DNA of 64,000 nt. Origin: Oopsacas minuta (taxonomy: Eukaryota > Animalia > Porifera). The notes below the pieces were generated by a model. That model worked only from the letters and a program-made list of their open reading frames with translations, did not search any database and was not told the origin of the DNA. Below are positions 52,569-64,000 of the stretch, piece after piece. A program made the position numbers and the translations under genes. The stretch is from positions 470,465 to 534,464 of the forward strand of contig JAKMXF010000296.1 of the NCBI GenBank assembly GCA_024704765.1, in the 5' to 3' direction. Position 1 is the stretch's first letter, and every line of letters starts with the position of its first letter.

Positions 52569-54397
52569 CTTAAATATTACTCATCTGTGATATTTCACAA
52601 TAATTATTGTATATTAACTCATTTTGTGTGTAGATTAACTGCAAAGAAGTCCCTAAAATTATGTATATATTGAAACAAGTGGCAATGGGAACTAAAACAA
52701 GTATGACGATTTGACTTCCTATACGTACTAATGATCTAAACAAGTGCTGTAAAGTCTTACGAATAGTCTACGCAACAATTATAGTGAAGAAACTGAGGAA
52801 AATTAAGGAATAGAAAATGAAAATATTTAAAAAATCATGAATAATTTCCTAGTGACTCCCTAGGAAATTGAATTATAAGATACGAAAGAATGTATCTATA
52901 ATTTTGAAGGGGTTCTGTAAGGAATTGCTTGAAGAATTGGTCTCAAAGTTTGATCTGTTGATACACAAAAATCTGAGAATTTATCGATGTTTGCAGGCCG
53001 TGCTAGTGATAATTAGTATTGTTTTTCGAAAATATCGATATTTTTTAAACGTCTATATCTCAACTATCAATTAGCATAAATATATTTGAAATTCCTTCGG
53101 ATTTAAAGTAAGAATCATGAGTTGAACTGACCCTAGATTTTGTAGATTATGATTCATCTCTAGCAATCCTAGTCCGAATGAAAATTTGAATTCCTCTATC
53201 TCCGCCAGTTGTTGATAATTTTAATTAAATTTCCGTCCATATCATTACAGTATGCATATATATTTTCAGGATCGAATTCTGACTTTTAAGTGGGTTAATT
53301 CAAGGGAGTCATGAACTATAAATTTTAGCCACAAAACTAACTAAAAGTGAATCTTTTAAAATCAAAACATATTTTTTATAACGTTCAACTCTCCTCTTTC
53401 CAATGTTACTGATTTTGTTTAAATCTGATGAGTATAAGTGAGCCAAATTAGTGACTGAACTGACCCTAGTTTAACTTCTTCGTAGACTTTCCAGAATCAA
53501 ATATTTTAATATGTTATTAATTTTTTTGAGAGAAATTTTTGATACATAATCCACCAGCCCTCAATAGTATGTAGGAGAAAATTTGTGCCATAATATTTTT
53601 GACAAACAGGGCAAATATTACATTATAGTTGGCACAAATTGAAAATTTTCTAAACCCCAATGCTAAGTTATCACCTATTATTACAATTCTGATGACATTT
53701 TCGTGATCCGCCAACGCTATACTTTCGGATAATAACAATTTTATTCTTAGCTAAACCGAAAGGCGGTGAAATAAACAATTGAAGTGAACACGTTTTTCCA
53801 TTAATTTGTAGCTAACTTCTTCTCTTTTCATACACTTTTCCCCACTGAAATACATTTGATGAGTAGTGAACATGGGTTCTTAACTACCCATTATGTTCAA
53901 CAAACCATACATTACTTGACAAATACTAACATTAAATATATAAATCAATCCAGAAGATGTAGAAGCAGCTGTTCTAATGCAGGAGAGGACTCTTCGAATT
54001 CTAAGAATTGGCTCAATTCTTAAATCTTTCTCCTTATTTGATTTAGATTTCTGAGTAACATAATTTGAATGTTGGTTATCAAGGTCCTAGTCTATAATTA
54101 ATTTTGTCCGCTAAATTTGAGAATGTAAACATTTCGCTCATTAATCTATCATGTTTGGTAAACACTCTATTGATCATATTTTCACACTTTTTGCATCTGC
54201 TAGATATTTTGTTTTAGCTTTTTTTCAGGCTTATTGGGATGTAAGTTCGAGTTTTGATATTTTATAATCTATTACTCAATGTCTGGTAGTCCCAATCTGT
54301 CGGTCAGGCTCTTATCCTATTCAGTTTGTTCATTGTTTTTATTTTGTTTAGTTTTGGCCCTTAAACTTATATTTTGTTATGTTTACATTTCCTGCAG

Positions 54398-54649
54398 GTT
54401 TTGAGACTTTCCCTGATGATTTCAATATTTTACATGGCCTATTATTCGGCTCATTAATTAGTGCGACTGATCCTGTTACTGTTTTGGCTATATTTCACGA
54501 CCTTCACGTTGATGTTGATTTGTATGCTCTTGTATTCGGCGAAAGTGTAATGAATGATGCTGTTGCAATTGTGTTGTATCGTTCAATTGACCAATTTGAG
54601 GAAGATTTTAATAGTGAATTTGTTTGGTGGCAAATATTGGTAAGCATCG
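54398..54649 (+). CDS. SLC9A6/7/9-like: Na+/H+ exchanger coding exon 4 (ion-binding core)
   Basis: Acceptor TTTCCTGCAG, phase 1, matching exon 3. Encodes [46 protein letters not shown]. Donor G|GTATGT at 54650; an alternative GTAAGC lies at 54640. Confidence 0.93.
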
Positions 54650-56654
54650 GTATGTTTCAAATATCCTCCCTTTGTATATATTTATATATCATTTCTACAA
54701 CTACTATATCATATTACACTCTTAGAATTTCGCATATTTTATTTACTTCCCATCGTTTATACTATATATTAATAATTACATATTCCGTGATGATTCTATG
54801 CTATTACTCCACTGAAATCTAACTTTTGAGCAATATATTTCTATATCTATAATATTTAAACACAATTTTCCGTAACTGTATATATATATAGATTTGTATG
54901 TTGGGAATTTATTGAAACCTGGAAAAACTGCCATGGGTGATTTTTGGCATACAGAGGTATTTTGGTCTTGGCCGAAGATTCAGACACATGACCAAATTAT
55001 CTCCTAATTGTCATCTTTTTGGATTTTCGAATAATCACATTTTATTTTATCACTAATGTGAAATTATGGCACTTAGTGTCCAAGTGACTAGCAAAGGGGA
55101 GAAGCACACCCTTATCCTATCCAGTTTAGACTACAAGGCTTTTACTGAGAAAATAATATATTAGGCAACCATTTCGATACTGGGGCACTATACTAAAGTA
55201 TAGTCGCACAGTGAATATCTCCCGAAAGCTGTACAACCTTTTATCTCATGTTTGGAGGAGACTTTGATTCATCCAAAATTCTAAGTAATATCACTTCTCC
55301 AACTATTCCAGCTTGAACACATAAAAGCCAAAGCTGATGTCTCGGATGCAGATGGATGCAAATGAATCTGGTCTATTTGACTTTCCTATAATTGATAAAG
55401 AATAGATGAATGGATGACTATAATTCAAAGCATCTAGGCTAGTCACAAAGTTTAATAGAAAACATAAGACAGCAAAGCAAAAGACAACAGGTGAGCAATG
55501 ATGAAGTCCATTCTCGTTGTGATCTAAATGGTGGAATTTCAAACACCAATTTCTTACTTCAAAAAGTTGAATAATCGAGGCAAATATGAAATTGTATATA
55601 GATAAGGAAAATACCTGGAAAGGAACTAATTTATTGCTTCCTCAATTATATCTATTCTTAGGTTAAATCACAGTTACTTGTATTTAATATTTGCATCATT
55701 ACAAACTGACGTGATAGACATAATATTTGAAATTTCAATTTTGGTCAGGGAATCTGTTAAACGAAGTTGTAATATATCGTGGTGCCTTTCGTCACGAACG
55801 CGTCACTTCGGGCTTAATCGGTTATAGTAGAGAAATTGAAACATTGACGTGTCATTAAGTAGTGATCGTGGGGATTTGAGGCTGCATTCTGCTCCGAACA
55901 GACGGTCATAATATACAAAGTGAGAGAACTTCGAAATCTTAGATTGATGGAAATTGCCTCTCAAAAAAAGTCACTACTTTATAGCTAATGAAATACAAAA
56001 ATCATGGAGAAAAAAATCAAAAACAGTCAATAGAAATTAACACATTAAGGAATTTGGTAATTATTAGCAATTAATTGATTTTTGACAGAAAATCCTTGTT
56101 ATGTGCAAAAATTTGCTGAATTAAATTCAAAATTACCAGTATTGTTCCCAGTTTTTAGAGACAAATATCAAGAAATTTCGAATAACATTCTATCTAACAT
56201 TATGAAAATAAATTTGGAAATTTTCCAACCAAATTCAATAAAGATAAGTACGAATTGCCCAGTTATAGGGAAATATCTGCAATTGCTGATTTCATTATAA
56301 ATATATTTGGGAAAACATTCGAGAGACTTTGTCTCTGCTTGTTCTATTAACTGAATACTGCCGGATAAATGGGTCACATAAGTTGACCCATGACCGATAT
56401 GACACATGGGTCACTTACACATTGAATTATGACACTGATATGCAAAATTGTAAAAAATTTTTATGATTAAATAAAAATAGCTGAAATTGAAGAATTTGAA
56501 GGGATTGTTTTTTGAATGGGTTAAGTATGTATTCACAACAGGTCTAGAATTTGTAATTTTCTGGTTGGAAGATTGCACCAATATGCGATTTAATATATGA
56601 AATTAAACATACATTTATGTTTATTACCAGCAAATCATACTATATTAACTATCA

Positions 56655-56800
56655 CTAGTGCACTATACTTCCTTGTGCTACGCGGATTCTAACACTTTGT
56701 GTCCGTAGTCGGCCTTCGGCCCTCGCTTAGGACTATTCGTTTATGTGATATTCGGAATCAGCGTACTCGATTACCCCACAATAACCGTTGAAACCACGTT
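56655..56800 (-). mobile_element. Possible Helitron 3' end
   Basis: On the minus strand, a degenerate hairpin CCGCGTAGCACAAGG lies 12 nt before CTAG, which is followed by T. 5' end not found. Confidence 0.3.
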
Positions 56801-56869
56801 TCTAGGATAATTTTGAAATTTGTTTACTTTTTGGTTATTTTATATTCATATAAACAACTTTAATTTGTA

Positions 56870-57359
56870 CAGTGGAACCTGCATAATTCGGCACCTCTGT
56901 AATCCGGAATTTCGCTAAGCCGACATTATTTCTCTTCACGGATAGTTTTTGTATAAAAACAATCTCAATAATCCGGAACCTCGCTACTTCGTAATCCAAT
57001 ATTTTAATGATGATCAAGTAATATAAATTCGACCTCTATAAACCGACAACTTAGCGATTTAGCATTAATTTTATCTGAGATGTACATATTTCAGCAAATT
57101 TCGGATTATGGAGGCGATTTTATCTTCATAATCCAAAATTATCGTTTACAATGTAAATATAGTATACTGCATCTTTGATATTTGGAAACCATATGTCTTG
57201 TATTTTACTTGAGTATATACAAGAGGACACCTGTATAATCCGACATTTTCTTCGTTCTCAACAAATGTCGGATTACGGAGGTTACTCGATAATCCGACAT
57301 TTGCTGATCAGAGATTTTCTTCGTTTCCCAACGAGTGTCGGATTATGCAGGTTCCACTG
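56870..57359. mobile_element. pogo/Tigger-type MITE (490 bp)
   Basis: TIRs CAGTGGAACCTGCATAAT(T/C)CG(G/A)CAC with TA on both sides; internal AATCCG repeats. Confidence 0.88.
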
Positions 57360-58221
57360 TAGTCCTGCGGCACCAAGTGGGGCCGCGGACCACCGATTGG
57401 GAACCACTGGATCTTAACCCATTATGTGTTTGATAGGGTAGTACGATTAATTTTGATCCGAGAGTGACATTATCAAATATTCCGAACAGTTGAATTGTCG
57501 AACAAAATACCTCATCACATTCAAATGGCATGTGCACCAACATTTTTGAGACAGATTACATGATTTAACCGAACTCTAATTATAAAAATCCTACAATCTT
57601 GTGTCCAAGCAATGATAAAATTAAATATTTAAATAGTGTCAATTCGGTTGTTGGATATCGTAATTCTCTAAAAATGCCCCCGGCGCTAGTATTTCAGTGG
57701 GAAACTTTCTATCCAAAAATTGCGTCAATTTGAAAACATAAAAGATTTAGGGAAACTATTATGACAATTTATAGCTGGGTAAATGTGGATACATTGCAAT
57801 AAAATATTGCTCCAAAGGGTAGTAATTTTGTATTCACTAGTTTCAGTATCTTTGTATCCCAGTTGCCTAATCAGAGAATGTAATTAAATATTAACAGTTT
57901 TTTGGTTTTTGTATTTTAGAATTTTAGTTTAGAACATGTCATATCGAGAGTATTTACTCCCTTTCTGAAACAATTAGAAAGTTTGTATATAATCTGTGGA
58001 CGCCTTGTAACATAACTCCATTTGCATCCCGTTAGGTTTGAACGCAACAAGATTGAAGTTTAATTTCTAACGTATACATTCATGAAATATTAATTAGATA
58101 TACATACTATTATAGTTTATATATCGAAATTCATTTATCATTCAGCCAAAACACAACCTCAAATACACGTAATAGCAATCGAAAGATTCTAGTACCCGTA
58201 TAGTCCTATTCTGCCAATATA

Positions 58222-59104
58222 CAGTCAGGGACAAAAGTATTCGATCACACAAATATATTGTCATAAATTGTATGCTCTTTCCCCTCCTATATATTGTGTA
58301 GTCGATATTCGTAGCTGCAATCCAGTAATTTGCATAGAATAACATATGTTTTTCAAGAATTTCAAAAAAATATTTTCGATTTACACTTTTTGAGGGGGTT
58401 AATTATTAATAATTATTAGATATCTATTGATGATCAAAATATGTGGTAATTTAAAACCTATTAAGAATCTAAAATTTCTGACTTGATATTTGAATTCTAC
58501 GTGGGCGAGTTACCCCAGATGAAAACTTTCACATGGGATTGAACAATCTTTACCAAAGTTATAGAAGAATTTCAATTTGTGCAATTTGATCCACATTTTG
58601 CCCAAGGTGGCACAAGTGGCCGCTACCAAGAGGTTATTTTGGAATTCAAGGGTTAGCATAGTCATGTAATTCGAAAATATTATTTTGACTTATTCCTCAT
58701 AACCCTAGTTGATTTCCTTGTACTGGCGCTTTTTGCAAAAAGTGGCACAAATTGAAACTCTTCTATACCTTTGGTAAAATTGTTCAATCCCATTGAAAAT
58801 TTTCATCTGGGGTAACTCGCCTACGTAGAATTCAAATATCAAGTCAGAAATTTTAGATTCTTAATAGGTTTTAAATTATCACATATTTTGAATATCAGTA
58901 ATTATCTAATAATTATTAATAATTAACACCTTCAAAAAGTATAAATCGAAAATATTTTTTTGAAATTCTTGAAAAACATATGTCATTCTATGCAAATTAC
59001 TAGATTGCAGCTACGAATATCGACTACACATTATATAGAAGGGGAAAGAGTATACAATTTATGACAATATATTTGTGTGATCGAATACTTTTGTCCCTTG
59101 ACTG
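58222..59104. mobile_element. Tc1-type foldback MITE (883 bp; ~370-bp inverted arms)
   Basis: Ends TA+CAGTCA(G/A)GGACAAAAGTATTCGATCAC at both termini. The arms stay highly similar for about 370 bp around a ~140-150-bp spacer. Confidence 0.92.
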
Positions 59105-60451
59105 TATATCTTCAGAAATACTTGTCATCAATATTTATACTGTACTATACTGCCTAGATTAAGTAGTATTGGAAAGTTGTAGTACTAAATTGGCACACGA
59201 CGAGAATACATTAAGGATTCTATGGATATAGCACAAAGCAGAGTATGGATTGTTATGATTCAGTGTATATAATATAGCCAAGTGGATTAACATCGAAATT
59301 TAGCCCAATTCAGACACATTTGTAAAAGAAGAATTTTTTAGGAATAATCTAAATGACCACGGCATCAAATATATCCTTGCCAAACGTCGATTGGATACAT
59401 TTTGATCCCAAATTGTACCTTTAAATTGCATAATTGGCTAATCCGCTGATACACTACTTAAGGGTCGAACTTTGCACATTTCATTCGGAGGACTTTTTGT
59501 ATCAGCAAATTAGCAGAAAGTGCAATGGAAAATGAGGTTTGGGATTTCCTAACTGTCAATTGTGTTGGATGCCATATATTCCATTGGATTCGACTATACC
59601 CACGTACAAATTTGATAATAGAATGCGTTATCATTAGATTTAAGTTTGCCATCCCAAAATTCATGTGATGCAAATTAAAACTGACTCTCTCTCTATATAT
59701 ATATAAGCTTGGCTCCAACGGGAACTGGGTTAAATCTTTACCAGGCCCCTAGCTTTTCAAACATAATTGAGTTTTATAAGTAGGTAAACTGTTATTTCAC
59801 TCGCTCGGAATTGTAAAGCAATTGATTCAATATGCACAATTGACAAGCATTATATGTACATGTACATACCTGCCATCAGTACAGGGATTGTGCAAATATT
59901 TTCTTGTTCTGTTGAAGCGAAAAGGGATTCATTCTATTTCTATATAGAGTATATTTCTGACAAACTTACTAATTAGGAGCCCTTTCATTAACGAAATTTG
60001 AAAGATTATACAAATTTCTTGCAGGTGCTTAGATAATCGAGGATCTACCATACTTACGTGTATAAGATGTCATGCATAGATTCGGCGTTCCCTACTTGAA
60101 ATACAACTTGATTTTTGAATATATTCCAGTGTATGTTGATTCTCTAACCTACGAGCACAGCGAGCGAGAAAAGCTTTCTGGGTGTATAGTGTGTCAGCCA
60201 ATGTCCGGGGAAAATGGGAGCTCCGTATAGATTAAATAATGCATCCCTCCCCGAACACGAGGCCGAAACGGGATGGGGCCAGGTCCTGGAATATGGTAGT
60301 CGGGCCAATCAAAAGGTGACAATGACGTAAAAAACCCGAATTTACCTCCACCATAATTAAGTATATTTACCACAACGGCAAGCGGGACACTTTTTATCCA
60401 CACAAAAGATATCCATTTCCGTGCGTTACATAGTATCAGGCCTAGGAATTA

Positions 60452-61782
60452 CAGGGTGTAACCAAAATGTTGTCCCCTTCGATTATTAGAAATATCTTTG
60501 GGTAATAACCAGAAATAAACTATATTCATTTGTTAATGTAATAGCCCCCCATTTCTAGAATCATTTGAATTCTATTGGGCAAGCTCGCACTAAAATTTGC
60601 AAAATCTCTGGAGTTATGTCTTGTCATGTTAATTTCAGTTGTCCAATTAACTGGTCCCGATTGGTCATCTGACCGTTTTCGTTTATCTTCTCTTTCAATA
60701 TAGCCCAAAGATTTCAATTGAGTCGAGATCCGGAGAATTCCCAGGCAAGCAAGCTTTCTCCCAAAACCGTTTAGATTATTCCGGCAGCACTCCTGAGTCA
60801 TTTGCCGTATGAGCGGGAGTACCATCTTGCATAAAAATCAAATCGAACATGTTTTCCAACATTGTCCGCTCGGAAACATGTCCGTATTCGCAGTACGATT
60901 GATGACATGTCTACAAGTCTTGGCTAATATTTCATTATTGTAATTTAGCGAATTTATAGTCTGTCCCTGCAGAATTACGTGGAGCCCAGAGAGTGCTCAA
61001 TGGGACATAATTCCCAGACATGAATTTTTTGAGGAAAGTTAACTGACAAGATGCGTGGAACATCTTTGGTTGTTTAGCACAAACTCGATCATTATGTCGA
61101 TTGGGTTTTGCGTACAACTCAAAGGGGGACTCATCTGACCAAAGAACCCTATTCCAATTTTCCACCTACCACTTTTGATGTTTCTTGGCAAAATTTAGGT
61201 CTCGAGTGTTATTTGTTGACAAATGGGGGGTGTTTTTGGCTCTTAAACGCAGATGCACGAATAGAATCCTTTAAATGCCGATAGATTGTTATGTGAGAGA
61301 CAGGGTCACTACTTTCATTCAACCTCTTTGCGATCTTACGAGTTGATTGCCCTTTTTACCTAAGGTTTTGGGATATGTATTTCTGGACCCGATTCAAAAT
61401 CGGCGGCTCTGGGACTGGTCTTAGCCTCGATACATTTCCCTTTTTATAGGTACTCCACCACCTCTCGACAGATCCTTACAGCAACCTTCAGATCGAGAGC
61501 GACCTTTCACAATGTAATACCACTCTTTAACAGCACTTTTTGCTTCAGAACGAATCTCTAAACCTCGGTCGTGGATATCCATTCTTTACAGAGATAGTGA
61601 TATTCAGAAATCCGGATAAAAATAAAAGAAAGAAAATACATGTAATTTAACTGTATTAAAACAGTTGAGATATGTTTGGTTTACAACAAAAATCAACTTT
61701 TAAGATATAATAATTAAGATTGAGTATTCTAAATTCAGACAATGGAATATTAGAAAGGGGACAACACTTTTGCTACACACTG
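60452..61782 (-). mobile_element. Tc1/IS630-superfamily transposon (1331 bp), decayed
   Basis: TIRs CAG(G/T)GTGTA(A/G)C(C/A)AAA.TGTTGTCCCCTT; TA on the left, CA on the right. Transposase from ATG ~61582 with WSDES, MQDGTPAH, PGNSPDLDSIE and SLPNRIQMILEMGGY. Confidence 0.85.
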
Positions 61783-64000
61783 CATATATGTATATTTGTC
61801 CAAAATTGGTTGAAGCAACTGCAAGACCCTAAAGGTGAGTTTTGGATACAAGGATATTTTGGGCCTGGCTCGGACAGGTTCGACTCTTGGACGAAAGTTC
61901 ATACCTATGACGAAATTATGGCTTGATTGTTACCTTTATGGATTTTCAAAACAACATTGTTAACCACTACAATATACATGATAGAAGATACATAAATCAA
62001 AATTACAGATAAAGAATTATCTTCGGGGAAGAGAGTATCGATTATAATGCCCGCTCACTTAGCGACCCAAACCATCAAGAAATTTTGCTATTGAATAGTT
62101 CAGCCAACCTGAGGAACTATGCTGTCGCGCAGCGACCTAGCAAGGGAAACCCGTCAGTGTATATAGAATATGCATATATTAGTAGTGTGAAATGTGTGAA
62201 AGAATATGTATACATTATTTCATATCTAGCGCGCTTCGCTTACTCGGTTGCTGTACAACAAGTTAGTGCCTCGAGTTAGCTTAAGTATTAAACAGCTAAA
62301 TATCTTTGTGCTTTTGGTCGCTACGCGATCGGACATACTCGGCACAACATATCTCAAGAGGAAATCTTAGCGGAAGAATTCAATTAATTTATCCATGGTC
62401 AATCCAAATTCTATTAATACCTTTTGAGGTAACACTACAGCTGTTAGGTAGCTTTTCGTTAAATAATTTCAGACTTTGTTCCTCGAGTGATAATTATGAT
62501 TCCGCACAAATATTGAACATTGAAGACTTTAGTAATTTATATAGTCGTAAAATTCCATAATAAGTTGGCCTCAGTACCGGATTTAGGAGTGTTCGGCCGA
62601 ACAGGGCCCCCACAAGACGTTGAATACTTATTTGTTATACAATAGGTGTTCTTAGTGCTGTGTATAATATGGATTCATTGAATATCTAAATATATCGGTG
62701 GCTTTAATTATTTCTATTACATTTATGAATAAATATTATTCAAATTAACCATGGATAATTTCAAATGTATGTACTTCCCTGAGTGCATAACCTTTGAATA
62801 ATGGTAGAAGATTGTTCCAATCAGCACAAGAGGGTAATTCAATACGCTGATTCCGAATTTTAGACTTTTGAATTTATACCGATGAAATCTAATCTGGTAT
62901 TCCCTTCTATTAGTATTATTTAGTCAACTGATAATTATTGCAAACAAATTGAACATTATTTGGACTGGATAATCATATTTAATTTTAAAACATTGTTTGA
63001 TGTGTGTGAAATCCTCTCTCCGCTCAGAAAAATATAAAATTTCGTCCTCTGCTGACGGCTTAGTCTAATAACTTCAACTTGTTTATAAAGTGGCACTGTC
63101 AATTGGAGACACTGTGTATATTAATTAAAACTAATCTCTCATAGTGCATCCAATCAAAGTGCCATTTTTTGTCCAATTTGAATTTTATAGGCTAAGCTGT
63201 CAGCACAGGTTGTAATTTTTGTATTTTTTTAGTCAGTATTTGCTGCCAGCACTGCTGTCTGTAATTTCTCTATCCATTCCGTGTCCTCATCAGGTTGCAT
63301 CTTTTGATTTGCTCTTTCTGAAAACTGTTAAATTGATTCCAGCTATCAATAAATGTATACATTATAATTGCTCACTTATTACATCAGCTTAAAATATAGG
63401 ATAGGGTCGAACAAACTGATCCCAGTATATATTTATATTTTGTCTAAATATTCTTCTTGTAACTATTTTGTTACGAGACTCAACATGGCTATCACTTTTG
63501 GGTGATATGCTGCGGTTCGTGTCGTTTAGATATTTCTACTTGGGAAATTCTTGAAATTCCTATTTTTAAAGTAAAGCACCGTAGCAATCTACTATTCGAA
63601 TCCTATTTTAGCCAAACAATAATAGTATGGATATAATTTCCTTCCAAAAAAAGTTGTATCAGTTTGTAAACCAATATTTATTTGCTTTTTGTGAAATGAA
63701 ACTTTTCCTCCGCACTGTTTCCTGAATTTATTTCTATAGCCATCACGACGCACCATTTCCCACTAGCAGGTATATTCAAGCAATATGTTAGAAGTTGACA
63801 ATGCTGTATGTTATATGCAACTAAGTTTAACTGTGCATCGGTATTTTTTTACCTTGTATTTGCATTTACTAATTTCAAGAATGTGCGTAATACTTTCTTC
63901 AGAATTATGAGTTTCTTTGCTTGATAATTCCGGTCCCTGATCATGTGGTAGGATATTAGATACGCCGAATTGTAGATTAATTTCAGGAGGAAGATTGTTT

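Noticed and set aside
55760-55920. GC-richer segment considered as a tRNA or ncRNA
   Set aside because: No cloverleaf or A/B-box arrangement is recognisable.
54650-64000. Search for NHE exon 5 (expected IFLG.F.GS-like helix)
   Set aside because: The acceptors I tested (~55661, ~60025) give immediate stops. The site near 63987 has too little sequence to judge. The exon is probably beyond the window, though I may have missed it.

Overview
Visibly AT-rich animal genomic DNA. It contains the first four coding exons of one + strand host gene, an endosomal-type Na+/H+ exchanger (SLC9A6/7/9-like): 5753-6014, 24462-24538, 46639-46939 and 54398-54649. The gene probably continues past the window end. 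Its introns (about 18.4, 22.1, 7.5 and probably >9 kb) are filled with mostly decayed, often nested transposons: hAT (two near-identical inverted copies, a Buster/Charlie element and several MITEs), Mutator, mariner, Tc1, pogo/Tigger, a KRBA2/Ginger-like integrase and a LINE. Two items stand out. The first is a RAG1-like Transib element (41642-44630) with exact RSS heptamers (CACAGTG) at both ends, asymmetric bipartite TIRs and a 5-bp TSD. The second is a 1.2-kb TIR element (34527-35749) carrying the longest uninterrupted ORF in the window (264 aa), which I cannot assign to any family. I recognised no rRNA, tRNA or CRISPR array. The TE repertoire reminds me of sponge (possibly glass sponge) genomes, but that is an unverified impression. 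All alignments, counts and coordinates were done by eye.
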